From positions 115,577 to 179,576 of the forward strand of contig LCRY01000002.1 in the NCBI GenBank assembly GCA_001004905.1: a stretch of DNA of 64,000 nucleotides, written 5' to 3'. Position numbers and translations under genes: made by a program. Source of the DNA: Parcubacteria group bacterium GW2011_GWA1_56_13. Lineage in GTDB: Bacteria > Patescibacteriota > Minisyncoccia > Phycocordibacterales > Phycocordibacteraceae. This document shows, in pieces, positions 38,176 to 46,397 of the stretch. The notes below the pieces were generated by a model. The model did no database searches. It was not told the DNA's origin and worked only from the letters and a program-made list of their open reading frames with translations. Every line of letters begins with the position of its first letter. The stretch's first letter is position 1.

Positions 38176-39387
38176 ATGCAGGAGCGCAAGGTCGCCGAAA
38201 TACTGGCGCGGCCCGCCATCTCCATTATCGAGCTGGTGGACGCGCTCATCGAGCATGCGCACACGCGCAGCGCCTCGGACATCCACATTGACCCGAGCCG
38301 CGCCGATATGCGCGTGCGCTTTCGCATTGACGGCGTACTGCAGGAAGTCCGTCAGCTGCCGAAGCGCATCCACTCCGAAATAATCGCGCGCATCAAGGTC
38401 ATGGCGGGCATGCGTACCGACGAGCATCAGGCCACGCAGGACGGGCGTTTTCGGCATGAGTGCGTAAACGGCGACACGCTCGATATCCGCGTTTCCATTG
38501 CCCCGACGTATCACGGAGAGAATGCCGTCCTGCGCCTGCTCTCCAATCACGCCGCCGCCTTCACGCTCGAGATGCTCGGCTTTAGCGATGCCGACCGCCG
38601 GAAGATACACGCGGCCATCAAGCGCCCTCACGGCATGATACTTTCCACGGGCCCGACCGATTCGGGCAAGACCACGACCCTCTACACGCTCATTCGAATG
38701 CTCAATTCGCCCGACGTTTCCATCGTTACCGTCGAAGACCCCATCGAATACGCGATCGACCAGGTGGAGCAGATACAGGTCGCGCCGCGCACTGGGCTGA
38801 CCTTCGCAAACGGTCTCCGCTCCATCCTGCGCCAAGACCCGAACATCATCATGGTCGGGGAAATACGCGACGCGGAAACGGCCGCCATCGCCGTCAATAC
38901 CGCGCTCACCGGGCACCTGCTGCTTTCGACGCTCCACACAAGCGACGCCGCCACCACGCTTCCGCGCCTCCTCGACATGGGCGTCGACGCCTACCTCGTG
39001 GCGTCCACGGTCAATATCGCCATCGGCCAGCGGCTGGTCCGCAGGATCTGCCCGTCATGCAAAACAGAAATGGCCATCACCGACGCGGCAGAAAAGACGC
39101 TCGCGGCCATCCCGCTTACGGAACCAATTGAGAGAGGCGCCGTTTTTTATCGCGGCAAAGGATGTAGCGCGTGCGGCGGCTCCGGATACGCGGGGCGACT
39201 GTGTATCAGCGAGGTGCTCGCGGCCGACCAGGGCATCCGCGAAGCCATCATGCGGCAAGCGTCGAGCGCGGAGATACGCACACTCGCCATCCATGGCGGC
39301 ATGACGACGATGCTCGAAGACGGAGTGCGCAAAGCGCGCAGGGGACATACGACCATCGAAGAGGTGCTCCGCGTCGTGTATGAGTAG
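38176..39387 (+). CDS. pilB: Type IV pilus / type II secretion assembly ATPase (GspE/PilB family, N-terminally minimal)
   Basis: Walker A LSTGPTDSGKTTTLY, Asp/His boxes, and the tetracysteine CPSCK...CSACGGSG typical of PilB/GspE. Confidence 0.85.
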   Translation: MQERKVAEILARPAISIIELVDALIEHAHTRSASDIHIDPSRADMRVRFRIDGVLQEVRQLPKRIHSEIIARIKVMAGMRTDEHQATQDGRFRHECVNGDTLDIRVSIAPTYHGENAVLRLLSNHAAAFTLEMLGFSDADRRKIHAAIKRPHGMILSTGPTDSGKTTTLYTLIRMLNSPDVSIVTVEDPIEYAIDQVEQIQVAPRTGLTFANGLRSILRQDPNIIMVGEIRDAETAAIAVNTALTGHLLLSTLHTSDAATTLPRLLDMGVDAYLVASTVNIAIGQRLVRRICPSCKTEMAITDAAEKTLAAIPLTEPIERGAVFYRGKGCSACGGSGYAGRLCISEVLAADQGIREAIMRQASSAEIRTLAIHGGMTTMLEDGVRKARRGHTTIEEVLRVVYE

Positions 39388-40459
39388 CGCGTTCTCGCCG
39401 TCGGCGTTCGTCCGCTTCTCGACGAAGGAGCGGACGTTTTTCGCCAAGCGCATGTCGTTTCTGGTAAAGGCGGGCATACCGCTCGTCGAGAGCTTGCACC
39501 TTATCCGCATGCAGACGAAGTCGCGAACCAAGAAAGGCGTGTATGACGCGGTCATCGCCGACGTGTCGAACGGGCAGTACCTCTCGACGAGCATGGGAAA
39601 GTTCAAGCGGCTTTTTGGCGACTTTTCCATCGGCCTCATTCGCGTGGGGGAGGAAAGCGGCATCTTGAGCCAGAATCTCGAGTACCTCGCGGAGGAACTC
39701 CAGAAAAAGCAGGCGCTCGAGCGCAAGGTCATCGGCACGCTCATCTATCCCGTTTTCATCATCGTGGCGACGCTCGGTGTGAGCACGGTGCTCACGGCGT
39801 ACATCTTTCCCAAACTCATGCCGATATTCACCAGCTTGCATATGACCCTCCCGCTCACGACCCGCGTGCTCATCGCGGTCTCGGCGTACCTGCGCGATTG
39901 GGGCGTTGCTACGTTCTTCGCTCTTATCGCATGCGCTGGCGCACTTGTATTCATTCGATACAGATTCGAACGCGTGCGCCTGTGGGGCGACCGCATGCTG
40001 CTACGCGTTCCGCTTGCAGGTAGCGTCGCGCGCGCATACAACCTTACGAATTTTTGCCGCACGCTCGGCCTCTTGCTGCGGAGCGGCGTTCCGCTCTTCG
40101 ATGCGATGGAGATAACCGGAGAAACGACCAAGAATCGCGTGTACCGGAAAGCATGCGCAAGTATCGCGTCGAGGATCATGCGCGGCGAATCTGTCTCGCG
40201 CGGCATGAGCGAGCGCCCCGACCTCTTTCCCGACACGCTCACGCATCTCGTCGCGGTGGGAGAGAAGACCGGCAATCTTTCCTCGACACTCACCTATCTC
40301 GGAGAGCTGTATGAAGAAGAAGTGGGAGAACTGACAAAAGGTCTTTCGAACTCCATAGAGCCGGCACTCATGGTGGTGATGGGGCTTTTAGTCGGGCTTA
40401 TTGCCGTGTCGGTCATTACGCCGATATATGAAATAACCCAACATTTGGGTCCGCGATAG
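39380..40459 (+). CDS. pilC: Type IV pilus platform protein (GspF/PilC family)
   Basis: Two T2SSF repeats and three TM helices; 8-nt overlap with pilB. Confidence 0.85.
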   Translation: MSSAFSPSAFVRFSTKERTFFAKRMSFLVKAGIPLVESLHLIRMQTKSRTKKGVYDAVIADVSNGQYLSTSMGKFKRLFGDFSIGLIRVGEESGILSQNLEYLAEELQKKQALERKVIGTLIYPVFIIVATLGVSTVLTAYIFPKLMPIFTSLHMTLPLTTRVLIAVSAYLRDWGVATFFALIACAGALVFIRYRFERVRLWGDRMLLRVPLAGSVARAYNLTNFCRTLGLLLRSGVPLFDAMEITGETTKNRVYRKACASIASRIMRGESVSRGMSERPDLFPDTLTHLVAVGEKTGNLSSTLTYLGELYEEEVGELTKGLSNSIEPALMVVMGLLVGLIAVSVITPIYEITQHLGPR

Positions 40460-40461
40460 GT

Positions 40462-40887
40462 ATGCGCAGACGTGGTTTTACTCTGATAGAAATAATCATT
40501 GTCGTCGCGATATTCTCCGTTCTCATTTCACTCGGCCTTTTCATGAGCATGGAGACCCTTCGCGGCACGCTCAACCGTTCCGAGCGCGACATCGTGGTGA
40601 GCGCGCTGCAAAAGGCGCGCAGCCGGGCGCTTGCGAATATGCAGCAAGCGCCATGGGGCGTGTGCTACATCGCGCCCGACTACATCGTCTTCCGCGGTTT
40701 CGAGTGCGCTCCCGGACTGCCGACGAACGAAACCGTTCCGGCAAACACCGCGAATTCCATCGTGTTTCCTTCGCCCATAGTTTTCTCACAGCTTTCGGCA
40801 ACGACCACCGGCGGTTCCATAACGATCGCGCAGGACGGGCGCACCGCGACGATAACCGTCAATCAAGAGGGCATGATCGACTGGTAA
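40462..40887 (+). CDS. Type IV pilin/pseudopilin with class III signal (MRRRGFTLIEIIIVVAIFSVL)
   Basis: Prepilin peptidase cleavage motif G/FTLIE with Glu+5 and a hydrophobic N-terminal helix. Confidence 0.75.
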   Translation: MRRRGFTLIEIIIVVAIFSVLISLGLFMSMETLRGTLNRSERDIVVSALQKARSRALANMQQAPWGVCYIAPDYIVFRGFECAPGLPTNETVPANTANSIVFPSPIVFSQLSATTTGGSITIAQDGRTATITVNQEGMIDW

Positions 40888-41068
40888 AACAAGTCGCCCG
40901 TCCTGCGGCGGGTGACTACCAGGTGTTTTTCTGGATAAGGATGCGGCCTCCGCCGCGCAATTTCTAATTCGGTCACTCAGCCCCGAAGCAGCATTCCGGG
41001 GCATCGTGACCGAGGCCAGTGAATAAAAAGACCCCGCCGTAGCAGGGTCCTCTCGTTTCGCGCGGCCG

Positions 41069-41659
41069 TCAGAATGAAAAGTTGACGGCAAACAACACGG
41101 TTGATTTTTTCTCGGTACCTTCCTCCTCGTCAAGGCGAGGAACGCTCCCGCGAAGCGCAGCGGCCCATATGCTCACATTCTTTGTGAGCGCGTATTCGAC
41201 CCGCGGGCCGATACCAATATCGCGCTCGGTCATGCCGCCGATACTAAAGCGGTCGCCGATGTCGTACACGGCGTGGACGCGGTACCAGCGGCCGGAACCG
41301 CCCGACTCGAAGACGCCGAACGAATGGAACCGGTCGGTCTCGACCGAGAAGAAGGCGCTTCGCATGGACGAAGGCGGCTGATTCTCGCGTCCCACCCCGA
41401 CACCGAGCTGAAGCCAATCGGTCGGCTTCCAGTACGGGCCCGCATAGATGTTGCGGTAACGGTCGCTCAATGCGACGGCAGAAGCAAACCATCCGACTGA
41501 CGGTGACAGTTCGCGCTCGTACCAGCCGATGACCTCCGAAGGTCCGCGGCTCGCCTCTCGAGCCTCCACCCAGAGGCCGAGTTCCTTTTCTTCCTCGGCC
41601 CCAAAAGCGGGGAACGCGATGAACAACAACATCCCTAGTAAGAACCATTTGCTTTTCAT
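41069..41659 (-). CDS. Secreted hypothetical protein, possibly a small beta-barrel (C-terminal ...VNFSF)
   Basis: Signal peptide MKSKWFLLGMLLFIAFPAFGA, alternating hydrophobic pattern, terminal Phe. Terminator gaccctgctacggcggggtc + T-run on minus at ~41030-41050. Confidence 0.4.
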   Translation of the reverse strand: MKSKWFLLGMLLFIAFPAFGAEEEKELGLWVEAREASRGPSEVIGWYERELSPSVGWFASAVALSDRYRNIYAGPYWKPTDWLQLGVGVGRENQPPSSMRSAFFSVETDRFHSFGVFESGGSGRWYRVHAVYDIGDRFSIGGMTERDIGIGPRVEYALTKNVSIWAAALRGSVPRLDEEEGTEKKSTVLFAVNFSF

Positions 41660-41765
41660 TGCCCACCTCCCTATAGGATCGGCGCTCAACTTCAGCACTC
41701 TTGGAAGAATAGCATAGTTGAATATATTTGTCAAGAACCGCGAATAACGAGGTATACTCTCGCTA

Positions 41766-42257
41766 ATGGGAAACCCGCAATCAGTGCTCCACGAGGTCGC
41801 GATAACGGCCATCATCGCGAAGGACGGAAAATATCTCATCACGCGCCGCGCGAAGACAAAAAAGCGGTTCCCGGGCAAATGGACCGTGCCGGGCGGCAAG
41901 CTCGAAACGAGCGACTATATGCGGTTCTCGAAAGACACTCACGACTATTGGTACAACGTCCTCGAGTGCGTTCTCCACAGAGAAGTACAGGAGGAAGTAG
42001 GTCTCGCGATAAAAAATATCGAGTACGTAACCTCGCTCGCGACCGTGCATGCCGACGGCGCGCCATCGCTCGTCATTTCCTGCATGGCGGACTGGGACAG
42101 CGGGGACGTAACGCTCGACAAAAAAGAGGCGGACGCATACGCCTGGGTGACGCCCGAGGAAGCCGGATCGTACGACCTCATCGCGGGCATCCAGGAGGAG
42201 ATACAAATGGCGGACGCGCGGCGCAAGGGCGAACGATCGGAGTGGAAGCGGTCATAA
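41766..42257 (+). CDS. NUDIX hydrolase
   Basis: Nudix box GGKLETSDYMRFSKDTHDYWYNVLECVLHREVQEEVGL. Confidence 0.8.
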   Translation: MGNPQSVLHEVAITAIIAKDGKYLITRRAKTKKRFPGKWTVPGGKLETSDYMRFSKDTHDYWYNVLECVLHREVQEEVGLAIKNIEYVTSLATVHADGAPSLVISCMADWDSGDVTLDKKEADAYAWVTPEEAGSYDLIAGIQEEIQMADARRKGERSEWKRS

Positions 42258-42290
42258 CATACAACAGCGGCCGCGCAGAGCGCGGCCGGG

Positions 42291-42761
42291 TCAGACAAAG
42301 AAAGGAAAGAAGACGACTCGCGGTTTCTTGTTGCGCGGCCGGTGGTATACATGCGCTCGGAACTTCTCTCCTTGAACTGCGCGGAGAAACCATTCGCGGT
42401 CGAGCTCGGGCATGAGCTGAAGCGGGATATCTTTAACGGGATACCAGCATGGCGTCATGGTCTCCGTTTCGCGCGGGCTGTCCTTGAAGTAGCTCGTGTG
42501 GAAGACGTGCAGTTCGAGATCCGGCACATCCGCCACTATGTAGGAGACGATAACGGCCACTCGCTCCAGTTTTCTCGGGTTGAGCAGAATGCCGGCTTCG
42601 TTGTGGGCCGCGCGCACCAGACACTGGGCAAGTGTCTCGTTCTTCTGCTGTTTCGCGCCCGGTCCGCTTAGCGAGCTTCCTCCGACTTCCGCCTCAGCCC
42701 TCTTTACGCCGAGCAGGACCTGGTTCCACCGCGTGATGATGCCAAACGTTGCGATTTCCAC
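42291..42761 (-). CDS. NUDIX hydrolase (MutT-like)
   Basis: GAKQQKNETLAQCLVRAAHNEAGI approximates the Gx5Ex7REUxEExGU Nudix motif. SD GGAGGAG before the ATG. Confidence 0.65.
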   Translation of the reverse strand: MEIATFGIITRWNQVLLGVKRAEAEVGGSSLSGPGAKQQKNETLAQCLVRAAHNEAGILLNPRKLERVAVIVSYIVADVPDLELHVFHTSYFKDSPRETETMTPCWYPVKDIPLQLMPELDREWFLRAVQGEKFRAHVYHRPRNKKPRVVFFPFFV

Positions 42762-42813
42762 GGGCTCCTCCCTTCAGTGTATTGATCCGCCGGTATGGTA
42801 TCATCGCCCGCAT

Positions 42814-43542
42814 ATGGATACAAACACAACGGGCAACAAGTACTTTTTACCAACAGCGGTCATAGTCGCAGGCCTCGTTATCGCCGGCGCGGTCGTGTGG
42901 AATGGCTCGCGCTCTCCGTCCGGGACAGGCGGGACGGGGACGGCGCCGCGAGCCAGTATCAAAGATGTGAAAACGGAGGGAGAGCCGTTCATTGGAGCGG
43001 CCTCGGCGCCGGTCACCATCGCGTTCTGGAGCGATTTCCAGTGCCCATACTGCAAGGCGTTCGAGGTAGGTCATAAGGATATCCCGACGCCGGCGGCGCT
43101 TCCCGACATCATCAAGAATTACGTTGACACCGGCAAAGTAAGGATAGTTTTCAAGGACGTCGTATTTCTCAGTCCGCGAATGGGTACCGACTCAATGACG
43201 GGTGCCGTCTATAACCAGTCCGTTTGGAAGCTTTACCCGGATACGTATTTCGCCTGGCGTACGGCGATATTCAACGCCCAGGACGAAGAGGGAGGAGGCT
43301 TCGGCAACGCGGCGTCCATCGACAAACTCAATGCAACCATCCCCGGTCTTGATGCGGCGAAGATCGCGGCGGATGTGAGTGCCAATCGCGCCGCGTATGA
43401 GAAGCACGCGAATGACGTAACCGCCGAAGCACAGAAGCTTGGCGTGGACGCAACGCCGTCCATCATTGTCGGCGATTCTCTCATCAAGGGCGCATATCCA
43501 TACGCCACCTTCCAGGCGGCGCTTGATGCGGCTCTAAAGTAA
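42814..43542 (+). CDS. DsbA-like thiol:disulfide oxidoreductase, membrane-anchored (CPYC)
   Basis: N-terminal TM and a thioredoxin fold with a CPYC active site. Start MDTNTTGNKY at 42814, preceded by a TGgTATCAT extended -10. Confidence 0.7.
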   Translation: MDTNTTGNKYFLPTAVIVAGLVIAGAVVWNGSRSPSGTGGTGTAPRASIKDVKTEGEPFIGAASAPVTIAFWSDFQCPYCKAFEVGHKDIPTPAALPDIIKNYVDTGKVRIVFKDVVFLSPRMGTDSMTGAVYNQSVWKLYPDTYFAWRTAIFNAQDEEGGGFGNAASIDKLNATIPGLDAAKIAADVSANRAAYEKHANDVTAEAQKLGVDATPSIIVGDSLIKGAYPYATFQAALDAALK

Positions 43543-43561
43543 GCTGGTTCGACAGACGAAA

Positions 43562-43597
43562 AGCGCGGTACCGCCAGGCGGTACCGCGCTTTTTGTA
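43562..43597 (+). terminator. Strong intrinsic terminator (14-bp stem agcgcggtaccgcc/ggcggtaccgcgct + TTTTGTATAT)
   Basis: Perfect palindrome with a following T tract 20 nt after the dsbA-like stop. Confidence 0.65.
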
Positions 43598-43625
43598 TAT
43601 TCGGCTATTTTTCCCCGCCGTCGTG

Positions 43626-43661
43626 CCATTTTCTTATTGCGAATCTTTTGCATTTAGGATA
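43626..43661 (+). promoter_or_regulatory. Conserved 36-nt promoter-region motif, copy 2 (upstream of zur)
   Basis: ccattttcttattgcgaatcttttgcatttaggata; 33/35 identical (+1 indel) to 12967-13001. Confidence 0.4.
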
Positions 43662-43671
43662 GCATGCACGG

Positions 43672-44097
43672 ATGCAGATCTCGGTTACATCATCCGGCCG
43701 GCACGCGGATATGCTGCGCCATGCCGGTTTCAGGGCGACCTACGGCCGCGTGGCGCTCCTTGAGATGCTTGCGCACGCGCGCAAGCCGGTTCGAGTAGAA
43801 ACGGCCGCAAAGGCGGTGCGAGGAAAGCTCGACCTCACCAACACCTACCGGGCGCTCGAGGCGCTCCGCAGAGTGGGCCTCGTCCGCCGCGTGGACCTGG
43901 GGCACGCCCACACGCACTACGAGCTTGCGGAAGGAAAGCATCACCACCATCTGGTCTGCGACTCATGCGGGAAGGTCGCGGATGTCGAGATACAGGAAAA
44001 AGAAATGGAGCGCGCGGCGCTCCGGGCCGCGCGCGATTTCAAAAGCGTTCGGGCTCATTCGCTCGAGTTCTTCGGGCTTTGCAACGCCTGCGTATGA
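43672..44097 (+). CDS. zur: Fur-family metalloregulator (probably Zur, given the adjacent ZIP transporter)
   Basis: DNA-binding wHTH then the HHHLVCDSCGK...C..C metal-site motifs. ATGA overlap with the downstream ZIP gene. Confidence 0.75.
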   Translation: MQISVTSSGRHADMLRHAGFRATYGRVALLEMLAHARKPVRVETAAKAVRGKLDLTNTYRALEALRRVGLVRRVDLGHAHTHYELAEGKHHHHLVCDSCGKVADVEIQEKEMERAALRAARDFKSVRAHSLEFFGLCNACV

Positions 44098-44837
44098 CCG
44101 ACATTTGGCTCTACACGCTCGTCAGTGTCGCCGCCGTCAGCCTCGTTTCGCTTATCGGGATCCTTGCGTTGGGGATCAAGCAGGAGCTCCTCCAGCGTAT
44201 CCTGTTCTATCTCATTAGTTTTTCCGCCGGCGCGCTCCTGGGCGACGTATTCATCCACATCCTTCCGGAACTCATGGAGGGAGAATCGGCTTTGCAAAAC
44301 GGCGGTTACGTCCTTGCCGGCATCGTACTGTTCTTCGTGCTCGAACGCGTCCTTCTGTGGCATCACTCGCATACCTCCCACGAAGAAAAGGTGCACTCGA
44401 TGGTGTATCTCACGATCGTCGGGGATGCGCTCCATAACCTCCTCGACGGCGTCGCGATCGCCGCGGCCTTTCTCGCGAGCGTCCCTGTCGGCGTCGCCAC
44501 GGCCGGCGCGATCATTTTCCATGAGGTCCCGCAGGAGATAGGACAATTCGCCATTTTGGTGCATGGCGGTTGGAGCAGAAAGAAGGCGTTGCTCTACAAT
44601 TTCTTCTCCGCGCTCACGGCGATCGTAGGAGCGGTCGCGGCTCTCCTTTTCTCCAGGCGTTTTACCGAGGCCCCGACGGTACTTCTTGGGTTGGGAGCGG
44701 CGAGCTTCATCTATATCGCGATGTCGGATCTGATCCCGGAACTCCAGAAAGAGTCCCATATGCATAGATCGGTGCTGCAGCTCATCTGGATGATCGCCGG
44801 TATCGGTGTCATGGCGTCGTTATTGTTGCTTGAATAG
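44094..44837 (+). CDS. zupT: ZIP-family zinc transporter (ZupT-like)
   Basis: 8 TM helices. Metal-binding HNLLDG and HEVPQEIG motifs characteristic of ZupT. Start MTDIWLY at 44094, not the extended 43965. Confidence 0.85.
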   Translation: MTDIWLYTLVSVAAVSLVSLIGILALGIKQELLQRILFYLISFSAGALLGDVFIHILPELMEGESALQNGGYVLAGIVLFFVLERVLLWHHSHTSHEEKVHSMVYLTIVGDALHNLLDGVAIAAAFLASVPVGVATAGAIIFHEVPQEIGQFAILVHGGWSRKKALLYNFFSALTAIVGAVAALLFSRRFTEAPTVLLGLGAASFIYIAMSDLIPELQKESHMHRSVLQLIWMIAGIGVMASLLLLE

Positions 44838-44853
44838 GTTGGCGCAGACGTCT

Positions 44854-44861
44854 GGTATAAT
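44854..44861 (+). promoter_or_regulatory. Extended -10 (TGgTATAAT) 6 nt upstream of an ATG: leaderless promoter example
   Basis: Same arrangement at rpsP (TGgTATAGT), Nudix 41766 (TATACT+7), ATPase 46398 (TATACT+7), smc (TATACT+6), dsbA 42814 (TGgTATCAT+8), hisS minus strand (TGaTAAAAT+4), dnaG (TAAACT+8). Confidence 0.35.
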
Positions 44862-44867
44862 CATTTC

Positions 44868-45200
44868 ATGAAGTTATTTTTTCACTGGTTCATCGCGGCT
44901 CTCGCCATCGGCATCGCGGCGTACGTTGTGCCCGGTGTCACCGTCACGCCGGTGAGCGCGCTCATCGCGGCGGTCGTGCTCGGCGCATTGAACCTTTTCA
45001 TCCGCCCGATCCTCATGATCCTCACGCTTCCGATAACCATTCTCACGCTCGGTCTCTTTTCGCTCGTTATCCACGCGTTCCTTGTTCTGCTTGCAAGCTA
45101 TCTCGTACCGGAATTCACCGTTGCGAACTTCACGGCCGCCCTTCTGTTCGCGCTCGTTCTCGCGGTCATCAACTGGGTCTTTCACCTCTGGAGCCGCTAA
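44868..45200 (+). CDS. 4-TM membrane protein of the phage holin IV / DUF360 (YvlD-like) family
   Basis: Four hydrophobic helices in 110 aa with the pattern typical of PF04020. TGgTATAAT extended -10 6 nt before the ATG. Confidence 0.55.
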   Translation: MKLFFHWFIAALAIGIAAYVVPGVTVTPVSALIAAVVLGALNLFIRPILMILTLPITILTLGLFSLVIHAFLVLLASYLVPEFTVANFTAALLFALVLAVINWVFHLWSR

Positions 45201-45274
45201 TATATTGAGGACGCGAGGCGGTTTTGCTATAGTCGAATTTGGCTCTTTTGTTACGGAAAGGGAGGAGGCGTCAC

Positions 45275-45478
45275 ATGGCCAATGGTTATCCGCTCGAACC
45301 GCTTCCTTGCGGCATAGAGACGGAAAAAGGTTTACAGTGCCCGCATTGCGGGGAAATCGGCCCTCACGAACGTCGCGCTTCTGCGCGTAACGAGGAGGGG
45401 GAAAGAGTATCGCGCTGGCAATGCGTCAGATGTCTCAGGTTTTTCGCTGACCCGTCGGAAGAAGATTCAGTGGCATAA
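45275..45478 (+). CDS. Small Cys4 zinc-ribbon protein (paralog 1)
   Basis: CxxxxxxxxxCPHC ... CVRC. SD GGAGGAG 7 nt before ATG 45275. Confidence 0.45.
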   Translation: MANGYPLEPLPCGIETEKGLQCPHCGEIGPHERRASARNEEGERVSRWQCVRCLRFFADPSEEDSVA

Positions 45479-45504
45479 ATAACCAACTCTAGGGAGGGGC
45501 ATTC

Positions 45505-45714
45505 ATGGGAACTTTCACGCCAAGTGCGGTGGGATTGGAAAGGGGGAAATTCGTGTACGAGAAGCTCATGTGCCCGTACAACGGCTGCAGCAATCCGTTT
45601 ACTACGCACACTCATCTAGAGACCTGGGTGCCGGATGAGAAGGGTGAGAAGCATCGTCTCATACAGTGCGGAGGTTGCAGAAAAATCCTCTTGCATCCGT
45701 ATCCAGATGTATGA
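45505..45714 (+). CDS. Small Cys4 zinc-ribbon protein (paralog 2)
   Basis: CPYNGC ... CGGC. SD GGGAGGGG before the ATG. Shares a ...EKGE...(Q)C..C(R/L).. pattern with paralog 1. Confidence 0.45.
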   Translation: MGTFTPSAVGLERGKFVYEKLMCPYNGCSNPFTTHTHLETWVPDEKGEKHRLIQCGGCRKILLHPYPDV

Positions 45715-45729
45715 GAAACAAAAACCGTT

Positions 45730-45760
45730 CAAGACCGCCGTAGGCGGTCTTTTGTTTTAT
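45730..45760. terminator. Bidirectional intrinsic terminator (aagaccgcc-gta-ggcggtctt flanked by T-rich tracts on both strands)
   Basis: Perfect 9-bp stem with TTGTTTTAT after it on plus and a T-run on minus; between convergent Zn-ribbon and dedA genes. Confidence 0.6.
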
Positions 45761-46374
45761 ACCGCGCGCTTGCCGCGCGCGAAATTGAGGAAAAGAGGCA
45801 AGAAGGAGATAATGACGATGGCAAGCGAAAGGGGCAGGATGTATGTCTCGCTGTTGGGAATTATCGAACCAAGGAAGAATCCGAGCGATATCATACCTGC
45901 GCCCCAGAGGCACCCGCCGAGCGCGTTGTAGGCGAGAAAAGTGCGGTAGTTCATGCTTCCGATGCCGGCGAGGATGGGCGCGATGGTGCGCACGATGGGA
46001 ACGAAGCGCGCGAGTACGACCGCGCGCCCGCCATAGGCCTGGTAGAAGCGCTCCGTGCGCCGCAGGTATTCCTGCTTGAAGAAGCGCGAGTCCTTGCGCT
46101 TGAAAAAATTGGCACCCACGTTCGCACCGAACCAATACCCGACCGAATCACCGATTATCGCCGCAAGGACGACGGACACGATAAGGGGAGCCAATGCGAG
46201 CACCCCGCCGCCGGAGAGAAGTCCTGCAGCGAAGAGCAGGGAATCGCCCGGAAAGAAAATACCAAAGAGAAGGCCGCTCTCGGCGAAGACGATGAGAGCG
46301 ATGCCGATGTAGCTCCCCGTTTTTACGATGGCTACCGGGTCCAGATTTATACACGCGTAAATGAAATCGAGCAT
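45757..46374 (-). CDS. DedA/VTT-domain family membrane protein
   Basis: FFPGDSLLFAAGLL and ...ARFVPIVRTIAPILAG DedA signature regions. Start MLDFIY at 46374. Confidence 0.8.
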   Translation of the reverse strand: MLDFIYACINLDPVAIVKTGSYIGIALIVFAESGLLFGIFFPGDSLLFAAGLLSGGGVLALAPLIVSVVLAAIIGDSVGYWFGANVGANFFKRKDSRFFKQEYLRRTERFYQAYGGRAVVLARFVPIVRTIAPILAGIGSMNYRTFLAYNALGGCLWGAGMISLGFFLGSIIPNSETYILPLSLAIVIISFLPLFLNFARGKRAV

Positions 46375-46397
46375 TCTCGTGGAGTATACTGTAATAA

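Noticed and set aside
45568-45714. Possibility that Zn-ribbon paralog 2 is a divergent ribosomal protein L33 (CxxC…KYCxxCRKHTLH-like)
   Set aside because: The resemblance is short and I cannot verify it without a profile search. Left as a generic zinc-ribbon protein
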